A stretch of 64,000 nt of DNA from positions 69,983,313 through 70,047,312 of the forward strand of contig NC_092383.1 of assembly GCF_030028105.1 (NCBI RefSeq), given 5' to 3'. This stretch comes from Mobula birostris (Eukaryota). The translations under genes were made by a program, and so were the position numbers. Below, one piece after another: positions 12,715 through 26,375 of the stretch. The notes under the pieces are model-generated. The model did not search any database. It worked only from the letters and a program-made list of their open reading frames with translations, and was not told the origin of the DNA. Position 1 is the first letter of the stretch; each line of letters starts with the position of its first letter.

Positions 12715-13025
12715 TGTTTATTTATTTTTTATTTTTATTTATTTGGGGATATAGCGCGGAACAGGCCCTTCTGGCCCAACTAGTCGCATCGCCTAGCAAC
12801 CCACCTATTTAACCTTATCCTAATCACAGGACAATATGCAATGACCAATTAACCAACTAACCAGTTTGTCTTTGGACAGTGGAAGGAAACTGGAGCACCC
12901 AAAGGAAACCTATATGGTACATGGGCAGGACATACAAACTCTTTATAGACTGTACAAGAATTTAACTCCAAAATTCGGAAAGCTCCAAGCTGTATTGGTG
13001 TCATGCTAACTGCTTTGACACCATG
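12715..13025 (-). mobile_element. tRNA-derived SINE with a CR1-like 3' end
   Basis: ggaacaggcccttctggccc...tctttggac..ggaaactggagcaccc; (ttta)n tail. Confidence 0.7.
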
Positions 13026-13999
13026 GGTTGAATCCCGAAAATGGCATAATCATTGAAATATCCAGCTTCTAATTACCAAATTATCCATGATTTCTAAAGA
13101 AAATTGCATTCTTTGTCAGAAGACTCAATCAAAATAATTTCCCTTTCAGCACAGTTTGAAACATTAGATACCTGAAATGAGGAACAAACTCATTTTGTCA
13201 TGATTAACCAAAACTGAGAACTAGATTAAGCTACTTGAGACTGATTACAGAATGCGTTTCCACCTTAGTTTCTTCTGAAAGGCTTCTTCTTGCTTTCAAC
13301 CCAATTCTGTTCTTATATTCTGTGCAACAATTAAACCTAGGCTGCTAAATTGCACACATTGAAACACATACCACCGCCATGCAAGGAAGGTAGTTTCACT
13401 GCAAAAGTTCTCTCAGAATACAAGAGTTCAATATACTATTTCTCAACCTGCTTGAAGATCAGCTGTTTATTTTGAGGAGACACTAACCTGTTAAAAGAGC
13501 TTATAAATATATTTATTTTGTGGTTAGATTCTAATGACTTCAAAGCAAAACTTCACTCTTGCTCTTCTGAACAGTACCTATTGAGGTTTAAAGCTCAATG
13601 CTGGAGGCGTCTGTGGAGAATAAAAATTTTATCTGCTTTTATGCATTACTGATACATTTAGAAAAACGTTTCCTTATATCAGTTATGCTTTAATTCAGGA
13701 GAAATAAAAAGAGGTTTAGTAGATGCTTCAGAAGAACAATTCATTTTCTGAAATTCATACTGTTCTAACTGTGAGTACTTGGAGTGAACACATTAGATGC
13801 GTTAAAAAAATTAAATATAACATCAAGAGAAATATCACCAGCAAATTCTTCAGCAATGTACTAATAGTTTTGGCAAAAGGCATATTGACTGTCACAGGCA
13901 CACTACAGGGATGTGTTTGATAGACTAACGATCTGAAATAAATTGCCCCTCAAACAAAACTTTATCATATGGTAAAACTGAAAGACCCAAAAGAAAATA

Positions 14000-14560
14000 G
14001 TCAGTCTGTTTGTGGGCTTTACTTTTGCTAAGGATGTCTGGGAAAAGACGCAAAGGTTTTTGTCGAGAATTGCTGCGAGCAGCTTCATAACAGTCTGTTC
14101 CCAGGGATGCATCCGAAGACAAACATCAACCACTGCTGAAATGTCACCGAGTTGGTGAAAGATGTACTGCGGTCTTCCCAAAACCCATTGATCTTCCAGT
14201 GTAGTGAGATGTCTGTTAGTAAATGCAGCTCACTGGTATATGCAAGGGCCCAAAAGTATGTGCCCTGGTTCATACTGAAGCTCAATAAATCACCATAACA
14301 GCTGTATGGGGAAAGGTCACAATATAAGGTCCTGCCACCATTGGACACTGAGGAGCTAGGTCCTGTATTTCATCTCTCATCCACTTCATGGATGTATTGT
14401 GTAAAGAGGAAACATGAGTGGCTTTGATGTATTGTAAGTAAAATGTATTGGTTTAATGATAAAATTAATGCATTGTTTTGATGGTACAATGAATGTATTG
14501 ATTTGATGGCATAGTTCCTGTTTAGTGTTTTATTCATAAAATTAATTATAAACATAAAAG
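14000..14560 (+). mobile_element. Old Tx1/L1 ORF2 C-terminus and 3' UTR
   Basis: Plus frame SLFPGMHPKTNINHC*NVTELVKDVLRSSQNPLIFQ...WGKVT resembles the Tx1 ORF2 end (LFPGTHTETNINCCW..INSVKDALWSARN). Confidence 0.7.
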
Positions 14561-14571
14561 AAATTATTAAA

Positions 14572-14732
14572 TTGGACAGATACATGGATGGGAGGTGTAT
14601 GGAGGGATATGGTCCGTGTGCAGGTCAGTGGGACTAGGCAGAGAATGGTTCGGCACAGCCAAGAAGGGCCAAAAGGCCTGTTTCTGTGCTGTAGTTTTTC
14701 TATGGTTTCTATGGTGTTTCTATGGTTTTCTA
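14572..14732 (+). mobile_element. CR1 extreme 3' end
   Basis: gggccaaaaggcctgtttctgtgctgta followed by (tttctatgg)n; TAAATTG on both flanks. Confidence 0.8.
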
Positions 14733-15229
14733 AATTGAGCTATTTTTTTGAAAAGCAGTCTGATTGACTGAGATTTCATGCCTCTGGGCCTTAACTATAG
14801 TTTCCTAGCCAGCAAAGTACGTGGGGTGGGTTGAAGTTTGGTGGGCAGAGAAAAACTTAAGAACAAAATTGCAAGTGAATTACATTGAAGGCAGACCACT
14901 CTTACATAATGAAATACAGGACTTTAACAGGCCTTCCAATATACTTCTGCCTAATACAGGGTGCAAATGTTGTGGAAGGCTTTCAAAGCAGATTAGGTTA
15001 CAGGTATTCTGGCCCTCACAGTTACTACCTGTTTGATGGTACATTTGACCAGATAAAAGATACATTCACTGCAAACCAGAATGTCAGTAAAATAAGCACT
15101 TACATATAAAAAAAACAAAATGAGGTAAGTTTGCGTTTATCAAGTACCATGTAACTTCAGACCATCCCAAAATATTTTACAGCCAATGGAATACTTTAGA
15201 AGCATAAAACTTTTGTAAAGTATTAGTAG

Positions 15230-16200
15230 TAGTTTATTATTGTCAAGTGTACCAAGATCCAGGGAATCATTTGTCTTGTGTACTGTTTACAGTATATAGA
15301 TCAAATCATTACACAGTATATTGAGCTAGAATAAGGTAACACAATAACAATGCAGAATGAAGTGTAAAAGCTATCAATAAAGTGGAATGTAGGTAAGTGA
15401 TAAAGTGCATGACCATAACGATAGAACTCCAACAAGAGTCTAATAACAATGCAATAAAAGCTGGCCTTGAGCCTGGTGAGCGCTTTCAGTTTTTAAAAAT
15501 TTTCTGCCTGATGGGAGAGGGATAAAGAGAGAGTATCTGTGTCGGGTGGGGTCTTTGATAATGTTGGCTGCTTTACTGAGACTGAGAAATATAGACAGAG
15601 TCTATAGAGGGGAAGCTCATTCCTGTGATGTGCTGAGCTGTACCCACAACCCTCTGCAGTTTCTTGCAGACACACGCAGAGCAGTTGGCATACCCAGCTG
15701 TTATGCATCCAGACAGGATGTTTTCTGAGAAAAATCGATAAAAATTGGTAAGGGTTGATGGGGACATGCCAAATTTCTTGAGCCTCCTGAGAAAGAAGAG
15801 GCCGTTGGTGAGTTTTCCTGCCCATGACATCAATATGGTTGTATCGGGATAGGCCACTGGTGATGTTCACACTTAGAAACTTGAAGCTCTCAACCCTCTC
15901 AACCTCAACACTGAATGTAGATAGGAGCATGTGCACCACTCCTTTCTGAAGTCAATGATCAGCTCTTTTGTTTTATTCTCACTGAGGAAAAGGTTGTTGT
16001 CACGACTCTCTGTCACTAAACTTTCCTGTACTCTGACACATCATTATATGAGATATGGCTCACTACAGCAGTATCATCTCCAAATTTGTAGATGGAGTAA
16101 AATCTGGCTAAATGATCACAAGTGTACAGTGAGCAGAGTGGCACGTAACCTTGTGGAGAATCAGTGATCAGAATATCCGTGGCAAATGTAACAACCAATT
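15230..16200 (-). mobile_element. Rex1/Babar LINE RT 3' half
   Basis: PQGYVP..LYTCD....IYKFGDDTAVV, VERVESFKFL, LFFLRRLKKFGM..ILSGCIT. Confidence 0.88.
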
Positions 16201-16304
16201 TCTACACATCATGGCAGTTACTAAGCAATCTCTTTTTGTTTCTCAAGTTCGAAAATAGTACTCAAATCGCCACAATGTACTTCCCCATTTGCAATCAAAG
16301 CAGC

Positions 16305-16812
16305 AAAGTTCAAAGTTAATTTATTATTGAAGTATCACCATATAGAATCCTGGGATTATTTTTTTTGTGTATGTATACTCATTAAATCCAATAACCATGA
16401 TAGAATCAGCAAAAAAAAACGTACTAATAGGGTGGACAACCAGTCTGCTAAAGACAACAAACCAGGCAAATATCAAAATAAATGAAAATGAATAAATAAT
16501 CATTAATAATAAATATATAAACAGACAATTAATATTGAGAACATGAGATGAGTCCTTGAAAGTGAGTCCATAGGTCTTGGGAACAGTTCAGTGATGGGGC
16601 AAGTGAAGTTGAGAAGTTGAGTGAAGTTATCATCTCTGGTTCAGGAGCCTGTTGTTGAGGGTTATTAACTGTACCTGAACCTGAGACTCCTATACCTTCT
16701 TCCTGATGGCAGCAGTGAGACAAGAGCACGTTCTGGGTGGTCGATGACCCCGATGATGGATGCTGGTTGACTGCGACAGTGTTTCGTATAGACGGGCTCA
16801 ATGGTGGGGACT
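16305..16812 (-). mobile_element. Rex1/Babar 3' fragment
   Basis: Reverse match to 33300-33680, including the (ttgaact)-type tail. Confidence 0.7.
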
Positions 16813-17154
16813 TCTATAAATATAACATATCAATATCAATACATAAAAAAGCAGAAAATGTTGGTTTAACTCGGGAGATCAAGTGACATCAGTGGAGAAA
16901 AACAGAGAGAGAACATTTCTGTTTGATGAACTTTCAACAGTTCATTATCTTAAATAAAACTGAAATAACAATCTTTTCTATCTCCAGAATTATTGCCTGA
17001 CAGCTGAATATTTCTGGAATTTTCAATCTTTTACTTCAGCATCTGCAGTTTTTTTCTTTTCCATCTGGATAAAACTGTTTCTTTGCAGAAGTCAAAATAC
17101 CATTGCTGAAGAAGTACCAAAGCTGGCTTGCAGGTACAGTATGTAATTAATGTA

Positions 17155-17682
17155 ACATTGAATTGAATTGACTCTATTTCTTACATCCTTCACATACATG
17201 AGGAGTAAAAATCTTTACGCTACGTCTCCATCTAAATGTGCAATGTGCAATTTATAGTAATTTGTTTTAAAAACTATGCACAACAGGACAGCCAATATAG
17301 CATAGAAATACAATTGTATCACGTGAATTAATCAGTCTGCTGGCCTGATGGAAGAAGCTGTCCCGGAGCCTGCTGGTCCTGGCTTTTATGCTGCAGTACT
17401 GTTTCCTGGATGGCAGCAGCTGGAACAGTTTGTGGTTGGGGTAACTCGGGTCTCCAAAGATCTTTCAAGCCCTCTTTATACATCTGTCTCTGTAAATGCC
17501 CTGAATAGTGGGAAGTTAACATCTACAGATATGCTGGGCTGTCCACGCCACTCTCTGCAGAGTCCTGCGATTGAGGGAAGTACAGTTCCCATACCAAACA
17601 GTGATGCAGCCAGTCAGGATGCTCTCAATTGTGCCCCTGTAAAAAGTTCTTAGGATTTGGGGACTCATACCAAACTTCTTCA
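17155..17682 (-). mobile_element. Rex1/Babar 3' fragment
   Basis: KKFGMSPQIL..FYRGTIESILTGCIT on the minus strand; (caatt)n tail. Confidence 0.8.
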
Positions 17683-18240
17683 TATTGGCCTTTCTTTCAA
17701 AAGGAATTAGTTACAAAAGTAGGAAACACTTTTACTTACAACAGTACAGAGCTTTGGTAAGATCACACTTTCAAGATTGACCACAGCTGCGGTCAACTTT
17801 TTTAATGAGTATTCATGGCTGGAGCTACGTCAAGGATAGTTACCTGATCAGGTCCTGGAATGAGAAGGAAGGATTGAGTGCATAGTCCAAGACTCTCAAA
17901 CTTAAAATTATAAGAACTGGTCCTATTGAACATATACAATGTTAAAGGAGCTGGATGCGACAAATTATGTGGGAATGTTTCCCTCTTGGAAGAAATTTTG
18001 AAAAAGGGTCAGGATAAGTTATCATTTTTTCAAGGCTAAAATAAAAAGGAATTTAGTTTGTCGGACAGTTGTGAAACACTGGAATTGTCTATTTTGCACT
18101 GCTATAGATATTGGTTTATTCTGTATGTTGCTGGCTGAGATTGACTTCTGGGCTAAGTGAAAGCAAGGATTGTAGTGATCAATACTGAGACGAACAATGA
18201 AATCACCCACGAATATATTGAATGGCTCAACAGGCATTTG
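17683..18240 (+). mobile_element. Highly decayed CR1 3' region
   Basis: YRALVRSH-like and later ORF2/3' UTR remnants. Confidence 0.55.
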
Positions 18241-18479
18241 GGCTTTGTAAGCTACTCAATGCATTTTTATTTATTTGTCAAGGCTCTTTAACCTTTCTTC
18301 GCCATGCTGCATTTCCTTAAAACTGCAAAAATATGTTAGTCTCAATTTAGTACTCTATTCTCCAGAGTGATCCTGTACATGATCTTGACATTTGGAATAA
18401 GGATTTCTTTTCCACAAATATAATGGAACTTCATTGGACAAACTTTATACAAGAAAGCCCTATTAAAATTACACTTATT

Positions 18480-19575
18480 GAAAGATGAATGCTGCCCTCA
18501 CCTGCAATCTCCTCCATTTCCTGGACATCTGCCCTCGCCCTTCTTTCTGCTGCTTTAACAGGGATAGAGTCCCTCTTGGCCTCTCCTACCACCCCATGAG
18601 CCTTCACATCCAGCACAACATTCTCCATAACTTCCACCATTTTCAATGGGACCCTACAACCAAACACACCTTTACCTCCCCCTGCCACTCTGCTTTCCAC
18701 AGGAATCACTCCCTCTGACATTCATCCCTCCCCACAGATCTCCCTCCTGGCACTTACCTTCAAGCAGAAGAAGTGCCACATCGGCCCATTGACCTCCTAA
18801 ACAAGGCGCTAAACAGTCCATCCAGCTGATCCAGCACTTCATCTGCAAAGCTGTTGAGGTCGTCTGCTGTATCAGGTATTCCCGATGTGACCTCCTCTGC
18901 TCTGGTGAGACCCATCATGGATTGAGGGACAGCATTTTTGAACACCTTTGCTCCATCATCGAACAGCAGGATTTCTCTGTGGCTATCCATTCCAATTCCA
19001 ATCTCTATTCCCATCTGACATGTCGGTCCATGGCCTCCCCTATTGCCACAATGAGGATACTCTCGGGTCGGAGAAGCAACATCTCATAATCCGTTTGGAT
19101 AGCCTCAAACCTGATGCAATGAACAATATTTTCACTAACTTCCAGTAATTTTCCCCCTTCCCCTTCCTACTTCTTCAATTTCCCTGTCTGTCTCCTCTCT
19201 TACCTCTTCTCTTCTCCTCACCTAACTTCTACTACCCCTCTTGCCCCCCTTTCCCTTTCTGCCAAAGTTGATTCACCTCTGGTATCAGTTCCTTCTTCTC
19301 CAGCCCTTTACCTTTTCCATCTATCACCTCCCAGTTTCTTACATCATCCCTTTTCTCCCACCTACCTGACTTCACCTATCACCCACTGACTTGCACTCCT
19401 TTCCCTTCCCCCACCTTCTTAGCGCCCCCCCTTTCCAATCCCGATGAAAGGTCTTGGCCCAAAACATCAACTGTTTATTAATTTCCAAAGATACTACCTG
19501 ACCTGCTGAGTTCTTCTAGCATTTTATGTGTGTTGCTTTGTGCTTCCAGTGTCTGCAGTATCTCTTGTATTTCTG
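18480..19575 (+). mobile_element. Older Penelope-like element 3' portion
   Basis: RDRVPLGLSYHP..HIQHNILHNFHH, MSVHGL..EKQHLIIRLDSLKPDAMN; decayed hammerhead at about 19437-19473. Confidence 0.82.
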
Positions 19576-21614
19576 CACATTGAAAGATTATCGCTTTCTA
19601 CTGTGGGTTTTTATCTACATATTTTTTGCACATTTCTAACCTGATAGATCAAAGACAGTTTTGGGTCCTTACACCTTGTGCATGAATTTCAACATTCAAC
19701 AACATCTAAACGTAATGAAAAGGCATATTACTTTTCCTCTTCCCTGTTGTTTTGTGATAGAAAGCCGTTACTATGTGGTAGAATCTATCTGGGAATTCAT
19801 TCATTCATTTGTTTATTAAATCAAAATGTTGGTAGATTTATAACTCTGCTCTTGGGATGAGAGTAGAGCATTGATGGTTTTTAATCAAGAATGAACTAAT
19901 AGCATGTACAGTAAGGGAGGATGTGGCTTCTTCAAAGCCATTAACACTCTGCTTTTGGTCTAATACAATGTGGGTCAAGGACTCTTGTGTGATTAGTTTG
20001 AGAACTGAAAGGAACTGAAAGTAATTTCTTGATATTTTAGGTCAAAATCTTGCATCAGGACTGAGGATGCAGATAAAAGATAGTGAGGTGAGACAGGGAC
20101 GAATAGGGGATTGATGGACCAATGGGGGGGGGTCCGTGAAGATGATGGCAGATGCAGCGAGATTGATAGAGTGGTGAGACAAAGACTGGTGGATGAATGA
20201 TAGTTTAAGATAAAAAATAAAGGCAGATTGAGCCAGGTAGGGAAAGGGAGCATGTATTCAGAAGCAGCTCAAAGGATGATGAAGGGGAACAGAAAGAATA
20301 TCAAGAACTGGAATCTGTTAAGAAACACTTACTTTGGATCATGTCCTCCATATCTTTTCTCCGCCTAACAAGAAAGCCCTGTCTTGTCCAATTTACAGGC
20401 ATCAAATTTGTTTTCCTCCATTCGTAAACAATAAGATGGTTTGACAGTTCCAGGGAGTATAGCCAAGTCCTATGGTGCACTAATGTCCATGCACACATAC
20501 ATTCCAACACCAATCACTGAATGTCAAGAGGCACACCATTAAAATCCCTGGAGAAGAGGCCTCACATGACATGGAGTCATAGTCTAGCAGGCATACATAG
20601 GGCCTACAGCACTCTGCCCAATGTAAAATTTGATATCTAAGTGAATGGTCACTTTTATATATCAAGTAAATGCTATATATTTTGAGGTATAACTGAAAAG
20701 GAAGTAGAATCTATAAATTGCCCATAACAGATCCCAGGGTCGCAAATGGAACTTGGAACTTTGTCTGTATGTAAGTCATTAGTTTATTGCTTCTGTCTGA
20801 GATTGTCCCCATCTGCACTTCAAAGGTAAGACTGGATCACTGTTAGAGTCAAATATAGGTATATGTTCATGATAATGACCACAATCAGTAAGGTCAGGCA
20901 GACACCTCAGTCTTGATTATGCTCAACATAATCATGACTGCATCTATAGGTTAATGAGCCTGGCGGAATAACAGTTCAACATAGACTGGGCGGGCCGAAG
21001 TGCAAGTTTTTGTAGTGCTCTAGGACTCTGTTTAATACAGTATAATTGATAAAGAAAGAAAAAGGTCTGAAAAGCTCATTGTTGTTGAAACTTACAGGTA
21101 AAAAACAAGTTTAATCTTCGTTAACTTTGGCAAATTTAATTACTGTATCTAATAATTTTGACAATTACAATAAATGTTTACATTTAGCTTATTATTTCAA
21201 CTTTTAGTGCTCTGAATTTCCAAGACTATACAAAATTAGGAATGGCGGATTGACAATTTATAAAAATGCGTTCATAATCGTGGAACAGAAGAGTACAACA
21301 CAGAGACAGGACTCTCAACCCACGATGTTGTACTGAACTAAATAACTTTTCTATTTAACACCTACATAAAATGTAAAAAATGCTTTATTCATGCATTCAT
21401 TTTGCAATAACTCTGCATTTGAGTGACTTATACAAGAAAATTAGAAAAACAGTCATCTTTTCTCTAGTAACTGGAATGAAGATTCTAGTTACTAACAATA
21501 GAAACTGTTTCATTGTTTTGAGTAGAGCATGAGGCGAAATTGAAATGTATCACTATTTTGCCAATGAGAATCAATCTTGCCAAGACCAATCTTTACGCAA
21601 TATATTTACAATCT

Positions 21615-22255
21615 TAGGAACAGCTTCTTCCCTTCTGCCATCAGATTTCTGAACAGACAATGAGCGCTACATTATTTTTGCTCTCTTTTGCACAAATTAT
21701 ATAACTTAAATTAAAAAAAATAATAAAATATAAAATATAAAACAGACAAAATGCTGGAGGAACCCAGCAGGTTCCTAAGGGTCTTGGCCCAAAACATCGA
21801 CTATTTATTCATTTCTGTAGATGCTGCCTGACCTGCTGAGTTCCAGCAGCATTTTGTGTGTTTAAAAACGCAAACACGAGGAATTCTACAGATGCTGGAA
21901 ATTCAAGCAACACACATCAAAGTTGCTGGTGAACGCAGCAGGCCAGGCAGCATCTCTAGGAATCTCTAGGCCGAGACCCTTCGACGAAACGTCGACTGTA
22001 CCTCTTCCTAGAGATGCTGCCTGGCCTGCTGCGTTCACCAGTAACTTTGATGTGTGTTGCTAGCATTTTGCGTGTGTTGCTTTGCATTCCCAGCATCTGC
22101 AGATTTTCTCATACATATTTTCTCATATTGTAATTCTATATATAAATTACAATATATAGTATTGTTTATGTATTGCACTGTACGGAAGCCACAAAACAAC
22201 AAATTTCATGACATATGACAGTGATATTAAACCGATTTTGAATCTGATTCTGATC
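21615..22255 (+). mobile_element. Rex1 3' tail carrying two nested fold-back Penelope insertions (about 21742-22110)
   Basis: ggaacagcttcttccc..gccatcagatttctgaa at the start, aaatttcatgacatatg...attctgat at the end; inverted pLTR arms inside. Confidence 0.75.
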
Positions 22256-23599
22256 TGCCAAGTTAGTTTCATACTTGCCTGTAAATCCAGGCCAAGAGTA
22301 GATGTTCTACATTCAGCTCAATCCAGGAAAAATATCTGTGTCAGCAGTTGTTCAAGAGAATGTCATCAACTGGTTCCTCCTAATATAAAGCTATATTGTA
22401 CATTTAAGCTAATTATTAACTGGCATCTTCTCACCTTCTGTACCCTTCAGACCACCATCAGCACTTCCTCTGAGGCGTTGTGCCATAGGCTCAACGCAGT
22501 TGGACCTCAGAAGATCAAAGGTTGTATTCCCTCTCACTCCAGGAGGCCATTTCATGCTCAGTGTGTGGAGTCAGTTTGTCTGCTAGTCATCTCCAAAAGA
22601 AAGCCATTGCAATTGCAGATTTTACTACCTGTTGCTAGATACAATACTTGTCAATAAGCACAGGATAGTTAAGTAATTCCTTCATTCACAAATGATTACC
22701 AATGGCATACGGATGCAAGGACAACAGCTGGTAATTTACACTTCAGTCAGAGTAGTACAACTGGCCAATGCATCAAAGTCTACCTTGTTAACTTTTGTCA
22801 CTTAGGAAGTGAATGATGGGGATCTGAAATTTACTTGTTTGCTTGTTGCTGCATAATCAATGAGTGCAAAGATTAAACTCAAGATAAGAAGGTGTAATAT
22901 TTCAGAATTTAAACTACATATTCAAACAAGTGAGCATGATTGAAGTATCAGTCAAACTTAAGAATATACTGTATATGCACAATTAGTTCTCAGCTAGGCG
23001 CTGTGCAGACAGCAGAGTCAAGTTACCATTCTAGTGATGTTCCCTTCATGAGATGATAAATGTAAATACTTCATGAATGTTACAATGACAACGCAACACA
23101 ATCCATTTCAGTCTCTATGAAAGAAGTACTTAATCATTTGTTCCATGTTGTGCAGAGAAATCATGTTAGTGAATGTGTAAAGAACTTAGCCTGGGCTTTG
23201 CACTAAAATAATGGTGAGGCTTTCAAATCTCACTATTTTTAGGGTGTCAATAAGTAGCAACTTCCGATGCTCATACTTGAATGGTTAAGCACTAAGATCA
23301 CACTTTTGCTGTCAATGCTGCCGTACTTCTCCAGAAATGGTATCATATTGAGACTGAAGTGATGAAATTACTCATCTTATCTTCCAGATGCATATTACAT
23401 TCAGCAGACATTATTAAAGTATAAGCAAATATTTAACTGCTTTTTAAAGCTTAATTACTGACAAGCAACTTCTCTGGGACAAAACATTTTCTTTCAACAG
23501 TATGAAGTTCCTTCTTCCCGATTACCTCCAGTGTCCAATTTAGATCTTAGTTATTGTTGAAGATTCCAAAAAGTAATTAGACGTGATCTACTAATTAGG

Positions 23600-25725
23600 A
23601 TGCATTAGTAGTGACCTTTCAAGGGTTACTAGATTCTGCACAGCACACACACACAAAATGCTGGAGAATCAGCAGGATTTCCAGCATCTGCAGATTTTCT
23701 TGTGTTTATGTCACTAGATTCTGGAATGGTTCAGGAGGACTGGAAAATTGCAAATTTCAGTCCATTCTTTAAGCAGAGAAGGAGGAAGAAGAGAGGAAAT
23801 TATATGCCAATTAGCCTGACCTCAGTGGTTGGGAAGATGTTGGATCGATTTTTAAGGGTGAGGTTTTGGGGTACTTGAAGACACATGATAAAATAGGCCA
23901 AAGTCAGCATGGTTTCCTTAAGGGGAAAACTTGCCTGAAAAATATCTGCTGGAATTCTTTTAGGAAATATCAGGCAGGATAGACAAAGGAGAGTCAGAAT
24001 ATGTTGTTTACTTGGATTTTCAGATATCCTTTGACAAGGTGCCACACATGAGGCTGCTAAACAAGATAACGTTTTACATGAAGGATGCTAGCATGGGCAG
24101 AAGATTGGCTGATTAGCAGGAGGTAAAGAGTGGGACAAATGGGGGCCTTTTCTGGCTGGCTGCTGATGACTAGTGGTGTTCGGCAGGCAGACATCCCACC
24201 CTCACTTCAGGAAGGTAGCACCCCCATTTGAGGGAGGTAGCACCTCCCACCCCCCAGTCGACTTCTAAGGGCGCATGTATATGGGACATTTGATTATGAA
24301 AGAACACAACAATTTATTTGACACATATTGAAACTACTTACACGCACACACACACATATATATATATATATATTGCTTGTTCAGTATTTTGTTGGCATTC
24401 TCAATGCTAATGCAAATAGCTTTTCTATTTCTTTTGCAAACCTTCCTTGTACTGTGATGTGGCTCTGCTGAAAAAGACTGTGAAATATTTGAGCAGCCTT
24501 CCCTGCGATTAGCCTCTCGAATATATTGTGGTCCCTAAAAGGAATAAAAGCATAAGGCAATATCTTTATTATATTGTCTTATGTAATACTTTGTTTAGTG
24601 ATTTTGTCTAATCTGTAAACCAATCTGTAATCTGTAAACTGGGTATATGCAGAAAATGTGACATTAAAATATGTACTTATATATTGTCATGGAGATGTTT
24701 TTAATTCTATTACAACTTTAAGCACGTCTACAGGGAGTTTGGCCTCATCACATAGGACCTCAATAGAGTAGCTCCTTAGCAGCCAGCCAGCTAGTTTAAA
24801 TAAGGTTAGCTATGTTAATGAACAAATGACACATGTTAAACTCACCTCAACATGTCTTTTACAGTCCTAACCCACCATGGGCAATAGAAAAGTCACTGTT
24901 GCAAACAGTGCAGCGAGCAACACTGTCATTATTTGTGACTCCTGTTAGGCAGGGGTACACTTTAGTGTAGTCTGGGGTGAAGTGCGTTTTATATTTTTGT
25001 TTTTTGAAACACTTTGCCATGGCGGTGCAGGACACTAAACTGAACTGATGGAGAGACAGATGTCGACTGTAAAGCCTGCCCACAGAGAAAACTGATAGGT
25101 CTACTTATCACAAAGGGAGACCAATCAGGATGCTCGCTCCCGCTCCCGCTCCGCCGTTCTCCCTCTCATTTCCAGGATATTGTATATAATTTGCGGGCGT
25201 CAGGGAGCTGATATTAATATGCGGGAGACTCCCGGAACTTCCGGGAGAGGTGGGATGTCTGGGCAGGGTCGGTGTTAGAACCACTTCTTTTCATGTTATA
25301 TGTCAATTATTTGGATGACAAAATTAATTGCTTTGCGGCCAAGTTTTCAGACAATACATAGATTGCTGGGGAGCAGGCAGTGCTGAGGAAGCAGGGAGTT
25401 TGTGAAGGATTTCAACAGATTAGGACAATGGGCGAAGAAGTGGCAGATGGAATATAGTGTAGGGGAGAGTATGGTCATGCACTTTGGTAGAAGGAATAAA
25501 GGCATAGACTATTTTCTAAACAGGGAAAATATTTAGAAATCAGAGGTACAAAGTGACTTGCGAGTCCTTGTGCAGGATTCTCTAAAAGTTAACTTGCATG
25601 TGGAGCTGGTGGTAAGGACAGCAAAGGGAATTGAGACGAGTAATAAATCAGCCATAATGGAATGATGGAGTCAGTCTGATGGACCAAATGCCCCAATTTT
25701 CCTTCTCAGTATTATAGTCTTATGT
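23600..25725 (+). mobile_element. CR1 ORF2 RT fragment interrupted by a mini-PLE (about 23642-23710) and an hAT element
   Basis: GNYMPISLTSVVGKML, QHGFLKGK, YLDFQ..FDKVPH, SGVxQGSV, HFGRRN. Confidence 0.88.
24188..25261 (-). mobile_element. Non-autonomous hAT-like DNA transposon with BED zinc-finger remnant
   Basis: 13-bp TIR CAGACATCCCACC / GGTGGGATGTCTG; GGCAGG duplicated at 24182-24187 and 25262-25267; peptide KYKTHF..YPCL..ARCTVCNSDFSIAHGGL. Confidence 0.82.
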
Positions 25726-25784
25726 ACATGGTTTAAAAAAAGCTTTTGTTTGTTTACTCATCCAACTCATCATACTAATCAACA

Positions 25785-26375
25785 ATTCAATAGCCTTATG
25801 ACAATGGGATAAAACCTGCATTTAAGTGTGGTGGCACTTACTTCCAGGCTTTTCTATCTTCTGCTCCATTGGTGGATGTTGGATGAGGTGAGAAAAGACT
25901 GAAGGTCAGATAGGTGGGAGTTCTGATTATGCTGGCTGCTTTGCCAGGGCAGTGAGAAGTGTGGACAGGGTCCATGGTGGGAACACTGGCATCAATGATG
26001 TGCTGAGCCATAGTTTCTTGTGGCCATGGGCAGAGCAATTATCATAATAAGCCATGATGTAACTGGACAGGATGCTTTCTATGGTGTATCAATAAAAATT
26101 GGCATGGGTCAAAGGGAATATGCCAACTTTGTAAGCCTCCTGAGGAAGTAGAGGCATTGGCGGTGACATCTGCATGGTTCGGACAAGGGCAGATTATTGA
26201 TGAGCCTCAGTCCTAGGCACTTGAATCTTTCAACACTCAACATCAGCACTGTTGATGTAAACAGTAACATATGCACTACCGTCCTCCCTGAAATCGATTA
26301 CCAGCTCTTTCATTTTGCTCACATTGAGGGAAGTTTGTTGTTATGACACCATGTCACCAGGATCTCTATCTCCTA
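25785..26375 (-). mobile_element. Rex1/Babar 3' fragment
   Basis: Similar to 15480-16020 and 33770-34127. Confidence 0.7.

Noticed and set aside
13371-13392. Kozak-like ACCACCGCCATG followed by a GT
   Set aside because: No CpG island or promoter context, weak donor, no supporting downstream exon
13903-14348. Overlapping minus-strand ORFs as a possible exon
   Set aside because: Explained as the antisense of a Tx1 ORF2 remnant
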